Shown: positions 18,155-29,300 of the stretch, piece by piece | How positions within the stretch are numbered: position 1 is the first letter of the stretch | Layout: the number at the start of each line of letters is the position of its first letter | Virus record (IMG/VR): IMGVR_UViG_3300022700_000241 | DNA from: an uncultured virus (IMG/VR IMGVR_UViG_3300022700_000241) | Lineage: Duplodnaviria; Heunggongvirae; Uroviricota; Caudoviricetes | Reading direction: 5' to 3' (one strand) | DNA: 64,000 nucleotides | Program-made: the position numbers and the translations under genes | The notes under the pieces: model-generated | Databases searched by the model: none | What the model was told of the DNA's origin: nothing | What the model saw: the letters and a program-made list of their open reading frames with translations, nothing else

Positions 18155-18700
18155 ATGGCTGACAAAGCCCTTATCCCCGTTACGCCTGCCCTCAAGGCCA
18201 AGGCGTCGAACAACCCGAACAGCATGGTCCGCGTCCGTATGACGATGGGACCTGCCCTCACCGGCGCCTCGAAGACGACCTTGATTGAGGACGTTCGGGA
18301 GATGACCTCCAACTTCACGAAGGCGGGAGGCATCGCCAATTTTGAGATCAAGGGAAAGCGCATCCAGGACCTCCCCCAGCCGGAGGGGGTCCAGTACGAT
18401 GTGGTGGCAAAAGCCTGCACCCAGGTCGTTGCGGAGATGATCCACCCGGAGACGGGCGAGCGCCGGACGGCTACGGACGGGTGTGAGATCAACAGCTTGC
18501 AGGAGCAGGGCTTCGTGAAGGCCCGTAACTACTCCGGCCCCCCAATCTCCGACAATGGGGGCGGCTCCGGAGGTAACGGGTCCGGAGGCAACGGCTCGGG
18601 CGGCGGGTCCCAGCAGGCCGGGTTCTCCGGCACCGACGTGGCGATTGCCGCTGCGGGCGCGCTCGTCATCGGCGGCCTCGCGTGGAGCAGTTCTTCCTAA
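18155..18700 (+). CDS. Membrane-anchored protein
   Basis: Gly/Asn/Ser linker, QQAGF followed by TM segment VAIAAAGALVIGGLAW; two Cys. Confidence 0.75.
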   Translation: MADKALIPVTPALKAKASNNPNSMVRVRMTMGPALTGASKTTLIEDVREMTSNFTKAGGIANFEIKGKRIQDLPQPEGVQYDVVAKACTQVVAEMIHPETGERRTATDGCEINSLQEQGFVKARNYSGPPISDNGGGSGGNGSGGNGSGGGSQQAGFSGTDVAIAAAGALVIGGLAWSSSS

Positions 18701-18718
18701 CTCCAGCCTCACCATCCC

Positions 18719-19690
18719 ATGATCTCGCTTTTGAAGATTGTACCCCGAACCTCGAAAACGGCCAATTACGAGGTCGTGGTTAACGGGGACGTATTTCGCG
18801 CAGAGGACGGGTCCTACGGCTCGGCCACTTCGCGCCCGGGGCAAACCGTCATTACCGGTGCGATCTCCCCTGCGGAGCACACCCACAAGTTCTTGGTGCG
18901 CCACGAGGGGCCGCTCAATGTCGACACCCGCGGTCCGGTGACCAAGCAGATTGAACGGAACGTGCAGGGCTTTAGCCCCACGTCCGTTGAGCGTCCCAGT
19001 CGCGTGCCGGTCGGCCCGCCCGAACGTGCAGGTGGGGGCGGCTCTCAAGGGAGCCCGCCACCGCAGGCCCCGGCCTTCGGCATCCCCGGTCGCGATCCGG
19101 TCCCCAACGACCGAGTGAAGCGTGGGATGCCTTTTTCCGACAACCTGCTGGCCGACAAGTCAGCGATCAAGAACTCGCGCGTCGGTGGCCTCATTCAGTG
19201 GCAGGCCAACCAGAACCCCTCGAAGGAGATACCGGTCAAGGCCGTGCTCTCGGCCAACAACCCGGAGCGCCCGCTCCAGGCCATCAAACAGGCCGTGGGC
19301 GGCGGTTCCGCACAGTCCGGCACCTCGGGGCTCGGGCTCGGGGCATCCACGGTTGAGCGCACCTCGGAAACGCAGGTCCGGTTCACGATCACTGGGCAAC
19401 AGGCCGAGAAGCTCGAAAGCATCGAGGGGGCGACGTTCTACCTTGAGGGAACCGAGGCGATGGCGGTCGGAAACGCTGGAGTACCTGTCAACGGCGGGAC
19501 CTCGGGTGGCACCACCGCGAACGGGTCGAACGGCTCCGCCACAACCGGCGGGTCTTCCAACGGCGGCTCCTCGAAGCCCGCGTCCCAGGACCGCATCATC
19601 GGCGGGATCCCGGATGCTTTGCTTGGGGCAGGACTCTTCGCTGCGGGCGCGACAGTTCTGGTTCTGACCTCCTCCGGCGGCGAAGGGTAG
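18719..19690 (+). CDS. Membrane-anchored beta-rich protein
   Basis: Beta-rich N-terminal domain; C-terminal DRIIGGIPDALLGAGLFAAGATVLVL. Confidence 0.75.
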   Translation: MISLLKIVPRTSKTANYEVVVNGDVFRAEDGSYGSATSRPGQTVITGAISPAEHTHKFLVRHEGPLNVDTRGPVTKQIERNVQGFSPTSVERPSRVPVGPPERAGGGGSQGSPPPQAPAFGIPGRDPVPNDRVKRGMPFSDNLLADKSAIKNSRVGGLIQWQANQNPSKEIPVKAVLSANNPERPLQAIKQAVGGGSAQSGTSGLGLGASTVERTSETQVRFTITGQQAEKLESIEGATFYLEGTEAMAVGNAGVPVNGGTSGGTTANGSNGSATTGGSSNGGSSKPASQDRIIGGIPDALLGAGLFAAGATVLVLTSSGGEG

Positions 19691-19720
19691 GGCGGCAGAC
19701 CATTTCGTCGAGAGTACCGT

Positions 19721-19760
19721 AGGCCTCCCTGCGTGCCCTTTGGGCCGGGGAGGCCTTTTT
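19721..19760 (+). terminator. Rho-independent terminator
   Basis: Stem AGGCCTCCC/GGGAGGCCT followed by a T run, at the end of the membrane-protein cluster. Confidence 0.75.
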
Positions 19761-19787
19761 GCTTTGTAGACCAACGCTTCCGAAGCT

Positions 19788-22700
19788 ATGGCAACAGATG
19801 AGGATGCTTCCCGCGCAGGACTCGAACGCGCCGAGGTGGGCGACTGCGACATTTCCGGACTTACACCGTCGGACCCGCAGGTCTACACGAAGCCACAAAT
19901 GCGCGACCGCATCAAGGCGGAAATTTACTGCTCCGACAAGGGTGGGGACCCCGGCGAATGGTCCGCCCGGAAGGCACAGCTAACGGTCCAGCGCTACGAG
20001 GCGGAGGGCGGAGGGTACAAGAATGAGGGCGAGTTTGAACGGTCCCAGGAAGACCTCATGATCTGGACCGAACAGGAGTGGCAAACCGAGGACGGTACCC
20101 CGTCCTTGCCGGAGGGGGACCGATACCTTCCGAGGGACTTCTGGGACACCTTGTCGGAGGAGGAGAAGAGAAAGGTAAACGAGACGAAGGAGGAGGGCAC
20201 CGAAGAGGGAAAACAGTTCGTGTCGCTTCCGGAGGAGATCAGCGAAAAGTTTGCCGAGTGGCGGGAGGAGAACCGAGAGAAGTACCTGGAAGAAGCCCGA
20301 GAGAACCCGAACCCAAAGCGCGAGCGTCGGCAGCGAGAGATGGCCCGTGAGGCGCACAACATTCTCCTCGGCTACGTCCAGGGGTGGAGCCCCGTCCGGG
20401 AGCCCGAGAAGATGCAGCAGACCACGTACTACTCCGGGCGGGGTGAGTGGCACAACGTCCTGTACGCCGATGCGGATCTGGTTGGGTTCGATGAGGAGGT
20501 GCGCCCGCTGCACTTCGGGTTTCACGGCACGCGGCGAATTGCCGAACATGCGATTTACAAGGGGGATGCCGGAGCGCTTCGCGTCGCCGAACCGGGGGAG
20601 CCGGGCATCTTCATTCGGATTACCGGCTCGTTTGACTACCCCGACTCCCTCAAGAAAGTCGAGCCGGAGGCGCTGACCGACAGCGACTTTCTGTTCGAGC
20701 ACGGGGCCTCGGATCTCCGAGACGGGCGCGGTCCGCCGGTGTTGGAGGCGTCTTTCGCGACCGTGCAGGCTGGGGTCGAAGAAATCACGACGCCCAGGCC
20801 GATGTACGTCCAGGAGTCGGACATCCCGCTTCTGGGCCTCGGGGATGACGACACGTTCGGCCCGGACCCCTCCGAGGTTACTGACGAAGACGTGCGGGAC
20901 GCATTGCTCCAGGTGGCCCGGCTCATGGCGACGAACACTCGCAAGCTGCAAACCGACGATCCGGATAGGGCCGAGCGGGCGATGCGCGAGGCAGTCTCGA
21001 ACCTCCGGTCCGCAAAGGAGCAGGTCATCTACGTGCTCGGGCAGGAGAAGTCGACCTTCATTCACGAGTTCCAGCACCATCTCGACGTACTTCGCTCCGA
21101 GGGGCCGGTACGCGGCTCCGCCTCTCTTATGGAGCACGGCATCCCGACGGACGAATACTTCAACGTCGCCCCCGAAGTCAACGCGCGATACCAGGAGGGC
21201 CTTGCCGACTTCGAGGAGACGATCCTATCGAACGAGTCGGACCTGCGGCGGCGCATGGAAGGGGGCTTTTCGGCCCGTGACCTGTTTCGCGTGCTTGAGC
21301 GATTTACCCCCCAGTTCGAGAAGCTAAGCGAGGAGAACCAGAGGCGCCTCTACAAGCGGTGGTTCCGGTATTGGAAGGAGATTGTCGAGCCGCGCCTGGA
21401 GGAGATCCGCGAGCAGGCAGGTGAAGAAGCGGCGGGCAGCGGGCTCCCGGAGGATCTCAAGACCCTCCTACAGGCCGCCGAGACCCTCGCCGACGCGCAA
21501 CAAACCCTGGAGGACGAGATTGAGGAGGCGCCCGGGCCGCTCGGTCGGTCGATGGAGACGGATCGAAAGCTAAGCGCCCTGGAGGAAAAGATCAGTGAGG
21601 GACTTGAGACCCTTCGCGAGAAGGCCGACGCGCGGGGCTACGACTTCGACACGATTGTCGAGCGGACGGCTCTCTCCGTCCCGCGGGAGAACCCCCCGGA
21701 CCCTGGCGGGAAGCGACATCTGGAGCGCGACGGAGAAATTCTCGATCCGGATCTGTACGTGACCGGCTTTCCGGGAGAACCGGAAAACACGATGACCGAA
21801 GAGGGCATCGAGGGCGCGAAGTTCAAGCTGTGGTTCGGCGACTGGGAAAGCCCAGACGCCGACCATTCGGTCGTCACCGGTGAGGAGGGGCGCCCTCTTC
21901 CGGTTTATCACGGCACGCAGAACGGGGGCTTCAATCGCTTCATGGTTGGAGAGGAACTGCGCGACGACGGCAGCCCGGGCGTTTTCTTTACCGACAGCCG
22001 CCGACACGCCGAAAGCTACTCGGGGTCGAATGAGGACATCGGCCCGTCGGTCATCGGCCCTGCGGAGCTAACCGACCCGGAGTTTGGGTTCGAGGTAGAG
22101 GTGCAGCGAATCGAGAAGCGGGCCTACGACGTGATTGATGAAGACGGAGAGACCGTGGCCACGGTGCTGGAAGATAGCCCGCGCTTCCCCGACACGCTCG
22201 CACAATACGAGGAAGAGGGGTACGACACCGAAGAAACCCTCGTCGACCGGTACAACGTCACCCATCGCGGGGTGTGGGTGCTCTCGAACGGGACGGAGAA
22301 AGAGAAAATCGTGGCCCTGGAGAAAATCGCAGACGAGGCCAATGACCGCGCGGAGATCCCACCCCGACAGGACAAAGGCATCCTCACTGCCTACCTGAAC
22401 GTCCGTGATCCGCTCGTGCTGGACTTCAAGGGCCAGCCCTGGGAGGACCCCCCGGAGCACATCGACTTCTTCTCTATCGACGAGGCGTCCCGTTTTGCGA
22501 AAAACGCCGGATACGACGCCCTTGTGGCGAAGAACATCCACGATCCGGGCGGGGAGACTCGATACGCGGGCACAGCCACCGAGTATATCGTCTTCAATGG
22601 GGACCAAGTGGCCGTCAAGGGATTCCGTGGCGGACAAATCGCAATTCCTCGCTCACAGACAGACGTTCGCCTCAACCCCGCCATGCTTGCAAAGCGCACC

Positions 22701-25700
22701 CGAGTCAATCCACCCTCGGAAGCCACCGTCGACGTGCCGGGCGGCCCCACCTACACCGTCGAGCCCGACGACATCATTTTGCGGGAAGGAGTGAGCCACG
22801 AGGAGCTTTCTCGGGAGAAGGTCGCTGCCCCGCCGGTTGAGGCGCGAGAGCTTGCGCAAAAGGCCCGCAAGTGGAAAGAAAAGGGCGCGCCGGGAATGCA
22901 CGAGACCGGGCTTCGCCGAATGCTCCAAATTGGGGCGGGGTACCAGCTTTCCCCGGCGGAAATGGAGGTCGTCAAAAACTGGTTCGCCCGCAAGAAGAGC
23001 GAGAAAGAAAAGGGGTATCACAAGATGGAGGCGTGGTCGGGCCACGACGAGGAGCGGCCCAGCGAAAGCCTTCTGTCCTGGTGGGGGTGGGGCGGAGAAC
23101 CCATGATGGAATGGGTCGAAAAGAAGCTCGCCGAGATGCCCGACCGCGTTCGGTTGACCGATGAGGCCCTGGCCGACCGGGAAAACCCCCTCGTCGAGCC
23201 TCAAGTCGAGACGGGCGAAGATCCTCCAATTGTGGTCGATTCCTACTTCGTGGATCTGACCACGGAGGTGGTCTACCCGTCCCCCGGGACGGACTATGGC
23301 TTTCGTCTGGAAACCGGGACCCTCGGGGAGACCTACGCCTACGGCTTCTCTCGACGCGGGGACTTTGGCGGGGAGGACTACGAGGGCCTCGCCGAGCTAT
23401 CCTGGATCCAGGTCGATGAGGCTTACCGCGGGCAGGGCGTTGGCCTTCGGCTCTTGGGGGACGTGCTTCGCTTCCTGTCCGCTACCGGGGCCTCGCACGT
23501 GGCGGTGCGCGCACTTTCCGATGAGGCCCACGGTCTCAACGAGCGTGCCGAGGACCTCGGGCTCTGGCACCGGACGATGGAGTCGGAGGAAGGGATGGAG
23601 ATGTACGCCATTGACGTAGGCGCGAAAAGCAGGCTCGGGGTACCTGTCACTGGTTCCAGCTTCGAGTTCGACGCGGACCGAGACGACGTTGAGGACGCAA
23701 TCCGGTTTCTGTACGACCCCTCCGATGTCGTGTGGCGCGCGGCGGCGCAGCCGACCGACGCCCGCCCCTACACCTACGCCCAGCCCTTGCGCCCGGCCTC
23801 TTCGTCGGGGGATCTGGAAGGGGAGTACAACCGCGACGTGGAAATCTACGAGACGTTTGACGATGCCCCCGACGTGCAGCAGACCAACGGGTTCTTTTTC
23901 CGGACCGATGCCCCGATCACCGTCCGTGACCTCACCCGCACGAGCGCCGAGCCGTTGGGGATCGACACCCGCACATGGACGCTCGTAAATGCAGTCAACT
24001 CCTACCAGGACACGCCTGGGCTTCCCGAGTTTGCGATCATCAACCGCGATAAGCGGTGGGTTATGGAGATCGAACAGGGCGAAGGCGAGGCCGACGGCAA
24101 AACCCTGGTGACATTCTCCCGCGTCGGAAGCCGCAACATCGAGACGCACGAGCACCCCTCGATCTACGACGCCCTCGAAGAAACGCTTCGGTTCCGTGAC
24201 CGCGGGGACCGGGTAGAGTATCTGCCCCTGGAGTTTGTGGATACGGCCCTCGATCAGTGGGAGGAAGACGAGCGCGAAAATCCGGCGGAGGGACTCACGC
24301 GAGAGGGCGTTGCCCAGGCCACACGGATGCTCGCCTATGAGCTTCGCCGCCACCTCTGGGAGCGCGGGCGACTCACGTTCAACGACAACGAGGCCACAGA
24401 GGACCTCCTCCAAGTGGCCGAGGGCATTGAGGAGGGAGGCGTTGAGGTCGACCCGCTTTCGTTCCAGCCGATCCCGGTGGAGGAGATTCCGAAGGGCATC
24501 AAGCGAGACGTGCAGTCTGCCCTCGAAGCGGTTGGAGACCTCCGCACCCTCGAAGAGTTTGCGGAAGAGGAGGTCATGCCGTTCGTCGAGGAGGGCATGG
24601 AGGTCGAGACCTTCGACCCGTACGGCGAGACAGACGATCCGGTAGAGCTTCTCAAGCGGCAGCTTCCGGTCGCGTCCTCGTGGCAGCAAACCGGATACTT
24701 GACTCCCGACGGAACGCCTCTCTCCCTTGGCGGGTCTGGTGCGGCGCGCTTCAAGGACCACCGGGACCCGCACGTGCCGGACCGACTCATTCCCGACTGG
24801 CTCAACCCCGAGAAGAACTTTGCGTCGATGGTTGCGCTCATGGAGGCCGGTGTAATCCGAGTGCTTGACCCCGGAGGCGGATTGGGGATGGACATGAACC
24901 GGGAGCCTACCCCCGCGCAAAAGCAGTGGATCCGCGAGGCAATTCTAAGCACCCGCGCCCCGAGCGAAGTCATCGTCGACGTGAAAAAGCCCGGAGAGGA
25001 AGCCGATGAGTCCGATAGCGCGGTCCTCGAACCCCTCCCGCGCAAGGTGATCCGCTTCATCGAGGACTTCTACTCGGAGGGCGGCGGGTCGAAGGTGGCG
25101 CGCTTCCGCCGCCGCAACCCGGAGGACACGATCTCGGAGGCGATGGCGCGGCGATACCCGACCTGGAAGCTCCGCGGGTCTCGCGACCGGATTCCGGCGA
25201 TGAACGTGAAGTGGATCATGCCGGGCGGGCAGGCCATCGGTGCCGAAGATGAGGGGACCCGCGACACCCACCACAACCACTTTGAGCTTCCACAGGAGTT
25301 TGAAACTGACAAGATGCCCCGGCGCGAACTTGTCGACCGGCACGCGCTTCGCGTCTGGGTGACCTCCCTCTCTTCCATCGACCACAAGACAATCAACCTC
25401 GAATCGCACTTTCCGCCCACGACTGCACAGGAAGAAGCGCTCCGCGACTTGGCGGCGGCCACCGGCGCGGACAAGATCGTCGGCGACCTTGCCGATCACC
25501 GCGGCGACACGAACGGCGGGGTCCCGACCCGCCGGGTAAACGCCGACAGCGCAGAGCGCTTCATTGAGCAGGCGCAGAGCTTCTACGGCGGGGAAGGGGG
25601 CTTCTCCTCGAAGCTCCAGCGATTCCGGGGCGGGCGCGCCAACCCCTCTGGTGAGGCCTCCTACGTCCTGGCCGTCGGCGACGCAGAAGACGCGAACCTC

Positions 25701-26210
25701 CAGAACTTCAAGCCGGAGAGTCAGCGGCTCGTCGTCATGAGCCCGAGCAAGTACCTCAAGCACGCGCGGAAGCATTTCGAGGACGTGCCCGGCGGCACCT
25801 ATGAGGACGCGCGCCTCTCGGTCAGCCGCGACTCGGTACACATTAGCGGAGAGCGTATCGAGGAGCTAAAGGAACGGATGGTCGAGGGCAAACCCATCGA
25901 CGCACTTTGGTTCGACGTGCGCCTCGACCAGCAAGGCACCGACTCCCCGATCATCGGACAGGAGGGGCGCCACCGCGCCCTCGCGGCCAAAGAACTGGGG
26001 CTCCGTCACGTGCCGGTGATCCTGTTTGCGCATCGGCAGAAGAAGGGCTCCGGCATGTTCGGTGGGGTGTCCAATGTCAAGGTGCCCGCCGACGGAGAAA
26101 CCTTCCCCGAGCGGATCATGGCCGGGGCCACCGAGGTCCAGTGGCCTTCCTCGCCGACGCCGGTGAAGACCCTCTGGCGAGAGGCACGGTTTGGCCGAGA
26201 GTTTGCGTAG
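19788..26210 (+). CDS. 2140-aa polyvalent protein: DUF5872-like, HExxH metallopeptidase-like, ART-PolyVal-like, GNAT and ParB-like modules separated by RxNP
   Basis: YTKP..KGGDPGEWSARKAQ..YEAEGGGYK..RYLP (DUF5872-like). FIHEFQHH (21063). WFGDW..RPLPVYHGT..VFFTD..YLNVRDP..GYDAL..EYIVF (ART-like). IQVDEAYRGQGVG (GNAT). MSP..EGRHRALAAKELG..VPV (ParB-like). 8 RxNP motifs. Confidence 0.85.
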   Translation: MATDEDASRAGLERAEVGDCDISGLTPSDPQVYTKPQMRDRIKAEIYCSDKGGDPGEWSARKAQLTVQRYEAEGGGYKNEGEFERSQEDLMIWTEQEWQTEDGTPSLPEGDRYLPRDFWDTLSEEEKRKVNETKEEGTEEGKQFVSLPEEISEKFAEWREENREKYLEEARENPNPKRERRQREMAREAHNILLGYVQGWSPVREPEKMQQTTYYSGRGEWHNVLYADADLVGFDEEVRPLHFGFHGTRRIAEHAIYKGDAGALRVAEPGEPGIFIRITGSFDYPDSLKKVEPEALTDSDFLFEHGASDLRDGRGPPVLEASFATVQAGVEEITTPRPMYVQESDIPLLGLGDDDTFGPDPSEVTDEDVRDALLQVARLMATNTRKLQTDDPDRAERAMREAVSNLRSAKEQVIYVLGQEKSTFIHEFQHHLDVLRSEGPVRGSASLMEHGIPTDEYFNVAPEVNARYQEGLADFEETILSNESDLRRRMEGGFSARDLFRVLERFTPQFEKLSEENQRRLYKRWFRYWKEIVEPRLEEIREQAGEEAAGSGLPEDLKTLLQAAETLADAQQTLEDEIEEAPGPLGRSMETDRKLSALEEKISEGLETLREKADARGYDFDTIVERTALSVPRENPPDPGGKRHLERDGEILDPDLYVTGFPGEPENTMTEEGIEGAKFKLWFGDWESPDADHSVVTGEEGRPLPVYHGTQNGGFNRFMVGEELRDDGSPGVFFTDSRRHAESYSGSNEDIGPSVIGPAELTDPEFGFEVEVQRIEKRAYDVIDEDGETVATVLEDSPRFPDTLAQYEEEGYDTEETLVDRYNVTHRGVWVLSNGTEKEKIVALEKIADEANDRAEIPPRQDKGILTAYLNVRDPLVLDFKGQPWEDPPEHIDFFSIDEASRFAKNAGYDALVAKNIHDPGGETRYAGTATEYIVFNGDQVAVKGFRGGQIAIPRSQTDVRLNPAMLAKRTRVNPPSEATVDVPGGPTYTVEPDDIILREGVSHEELSREKVAAPPVEARELAQKARKWKEKGAPGMHETGLRRMLQIGAGYQLSPAEMEVVKNWFARKKSEKEKGYHKMEAWSGHDEERPSESLLSWWGWGGEPMMEWVEKKLAEMPDRVRLTDEALADRENPLVEPQVETGEDPPIVVDSYFVDLTTEVVYPSPGTDYGFRLETGTLGETYAYGFSRRGDFGGEDYEGLAELSWIQVDEAYRGQGVGLRLLGDVLRFLSATGASHVAVRALSDEAHGLNERAEDLGLWHRTMESEEGMEMYAIDVGAKSRLGVPVTGSSFEFDADRDDVEDAIRFLYDPSDVVWRAAAQPTDARPYTYAQPLRPASSSGDLEGEYNRDVEIYETFDDAPDVQQTNGFFFRTDAPITVRDLTRTSAEPLGIDTRTWTLVNAVNSYQDTPGLPEFAIINRDKRWVMEIEQGEGEADGKTLVTFSRVGSRNIETHEHPSIYDALEETLRFRDRGDRVEYLPLEFVDTALDQWEEDERENPAEGLTREGVAQATRMLAYELRRHLWERGRLTFNDNEATEDLLQVAEGIEEGGVEVDPLSFQPIPVEEIPKGIKRDVQSALEAVGDLRTLEEFAEEEVMPFVEEGMEVETFDPYGETDDPVELLKRQLPVASSWQQTGYLTPDGTPLSLGGSGAARFKDHRDPHVPDRLIPDWLNPEKNFASMVALMEAGVIRVLDPGGGLGMDMNREPTPAQKQWIREAILSTRAPSEVIVDVKKPGEEADESDSAVLEPLPRKVIRFIEDFYSEGGGSKVARFRRRNPEDTISEAMARRYPTWKLRGSRDRIPAMNVKWIMPGGQAIGAEDEGTRDTHHNHFELPQEFETDKMPRRELVDRHALRVWVTSLSSIDHKTINLESHFPPTTAQEEALRDLAAATGADKIVGDLADHRGDTNGGVPTRRVNADSAERFIEQAQSFYGGEGGFSSKLQRFRGGRANPSGEASYVLAVGDAEDANLQNFKPESQRLVVMSPSKYLKHARKHFEDVPGGTYEDARLSVSRDSVHISGERIEELKERMVEGKPIDALWFDVRLDQQGTDSPIIGQEGRHRALAAKELGLRHVPVILFAHRQKKGSGMFGGVSNVKVPADGETFPERIMAGATEVQWPSSPTPVKTLWREARFGREFA

Positions 26211-26303
26211 GCGCTCGCGCGGATCCTTAATGGTGGAAAACAGGGAGGGCTCGCAGGCATACACGCACGTAGCGCCTCCCTCATTTTCCCGACCGCGTGG
26301 CCT

Positions 26304-29300
26304 ATGGAGACCGCCGACACAGAGGACGCCCGCTTCCCGCCCCTCGACCCGGACGCCCCCGGCGACCCGTTTTCCGACGTGTCGTATCCGCGCCGTTCGG
26401 GGGTCGCAGACATCGAGCCGCCCCCAGTGATCCACACGAAGGAGTTTCGCCGGTGGTTTGGGGACTGGAAGAACCCGGACGCGGACCACTCGGTCATCGT
26501 CGACGAGCGGGGGCGCCCCGACGTGCTCTTTCACGGGACGCTCCTCCAGCCGGATGCCGAGATCGAAGGGTTCGAGCCCGGCAGCTTTGGGGTCTCTCGG
26601 TCGATTGGCGTCCACCTCGCGTTCGACAACCGCGTGACCGACGCCTTTACCGTGGGGCGAGAGGCAAAGGATCAGTCGAAGCGCGGCCCCTCCTCGTTTC
26701 GAGAGACGACGCCGGGAGAGGATGCGATGACCCGGATCAAGCCCGGCGGGCGCGTCCTTCCGGTTTTTGCCAACGTGCGCAGACCCCTCGATCTTGCGGG
26801 CGGGTTTGAGCCGTTGGGCTACAGCGCCGAGGAGGTGTGGGAGGGCCGGGTCCACGACGACCATCTCATCCAGCACGCAGTCACCTACCTCGCGCTGGAG
26901 GCAGAGCCGGACCTCCTCGATGTGATCGGGCTCAACATTGATCGGGAGCAGATTATCCGGGAAGTCGAGGAGCGCATCCGTAAGATTGAGGCCGGGGAGG
27001 CCTACGAGGACGAGGTGCCGCCCGGTGGCATGAATGCCATCATTGCGACGAATCGCAGCGCCTCCGTATCCACCGTCGACGAGAAGCGCGAGCGGTTTCT
27101 GGAGGTGTTTTACGAGTCCTACCCCTACGACGGCATCATCTACGTGAACACCTCTGGCCAGGAGGTCATGCGGGATGAGATCGACCCGCTGAGCCTCATT
27201 GTGTTCGACCCGGCCAACGTGAAGTCAATCTACGCCGAGTCGTTCGAGCCCGGAGACCCGACACTTGGGGTTCGGGGCAACCCGCCCTTTATCGGCGACC
27301 GACCGACTGCCGAGGATCTTCGCGGTTCGGTCTCCCTTGAAGCGACCGACCCGCACCGCACGAATCCTCTCAACGACCAGACACAGCCCGGCGCGATGAG
27401 CGACACCACCGATACCCGCGAAAACGAGCGTCTCGAAGACCGGCTCCGTCGACAAAATCCCGGTGACCCGCGGGAAGCCCACTCTGGTGACGGACGGCGC
27501 GGCGCCGAGCCCGAACGCCCGAACCCCTCTGCCGAAGAGACCGGCAGCAAAGACGGCTCGGAGCAGGAGGTGCGGCAGAATGACCGCGAGGACTTCGTAG
27601 AGCTTATGCAGGCGGCGGCTCGCCTCCGTGAGCTTTTCCTGGAGAAGCGGGAGCGGATCATCGAAAAGGGGGACGAGGAGACCGCCCGGCAGTTCGCCGA
27701 GGGGTTCGGCCCCCTGTTCGATCTTCTTCGGGAGGCCGCAGACGAAAACAACGCCGACTTTGATACGGTCAAGGAAGAGGTAGGGCTCGTCGAGACGATT
27801 CCCGAGGCCGTACCGGAGCGCGGCCCGTTCGGCTTCCCCGAGGAGAGCTTCGACGACAACTTCTACCTCACCGCCGAGGGGGAAACCAACGGGCATCTCG
27901 CGATTCACACCTCCGAAAGCGGCGAAGACCTTGCCGAGGAGGACATCGAGGACACCTCGATCACCGCGTCTGTCAGCAAGCAAGTTACCGACGCGCTCCG
28001 AGACGGAGAGCTTGACATTGAGGTCGAGGAGTGGACGAAGAAAGGGCAGAAGTGGGAGGTTGCGATTGGAGAGCCCTACGGACTGGACCTCCAGATCAAG
28101 TTTGGGGACCGTCAACTTCCAGAGGCCGACAAGGCCTACACGGTCATCCAGAAGGGATCCACCAGCCCCGACGCCTTCGCCCGATTCCTGGTAGACTTGA
28201 CCAAAGAGTTGGCCCCGGCCCTCCAGGAGGTTCGGGCGTCGGACGTGCAGTGGCGCGTGGCCGACTTTGCGAGCGCCCTCATCCAGCGGGGTACCCGTGA
28301 AGGCACGGCACCGGAAGAGTACGTTGAGCCGCGACCGCGGCAGTCCTACATCCTGGGCCGCCCGACCGAACAGGGAGCGGACCCGACCATCGTGCTCCGA
28401 TCCGGAGGCGTGTTTGGGGTTTCCCAGGACGGGGTTCTCCCCGAGCAGGAAGTTGAGCTTGCGATCCGACGGGCACGACAGACGGGAATCAAGACAGCAA
28501 TCTTCGTCGGTCACGGCGTTTCTGCCGTCGGCCAGCCCCAGCAGGTCTCCCGCATCGTGATCGGGGAGAAAGACCTCAAGACGAAGCCCCGCTACGACCA
28601 CAAGCCGGGGACGCTCTCGATGGTTCACAGCCGTTCGCCCCAGACGATCTCGATGGTGGCCGATCATGACCGGCGAGAAGACACCGAGCGCGGCTCGCCC
28701 GAGAAGATCCGCGAGCTACTCGGAGAGGTCTCGGATCTGGAGACCTACCGCGTCTTTCCGGTCCAGCAGCCCGACGGAGAGACCGTCGACACGTTCTACC
28801 GCTGGCACGAGCCGACGATGCCGGAGAACGCCGTCAATGCCGAGTCGGAAGAGGACCTCGGGTTCTCCAGCGGAGAGACGGTGCAGGCCAGCCGGGCAGA
28901 CATCGAGCGCACCTTCCGACCGGAAGACATGGGCGGAGAGGAGTTCGAGAACGTCGAAAGTGACGTGGACCTTACCGGGCGCGATCCTCTTGTGCTCACG
29001 CCCGAGGATCGGCGTGTGGCGAATCGCCGGGCGATAGACATCATCACGAACAAAGAGCCCGCGCAAATTACCGATAAGGACCGTGAGGTGCTCCTGGAGT
29101 ACACCGGGGCCGGAGGCCTTGGCACGGATACCGGGACGGGCTCGGTGCGCGGAGAGCGCACGGAGCACTACACCGATTACCGCCTCATTCGGGCGATGTG
29201 GTCGGCGATGGGGAACGTCGGGCAGGAGGGCAACATCCTGGAGCCCGGCGCCGGAATCGGCAACTTCGCGGGCCTTCGCCCGAACGACCAGACCGGGCAC

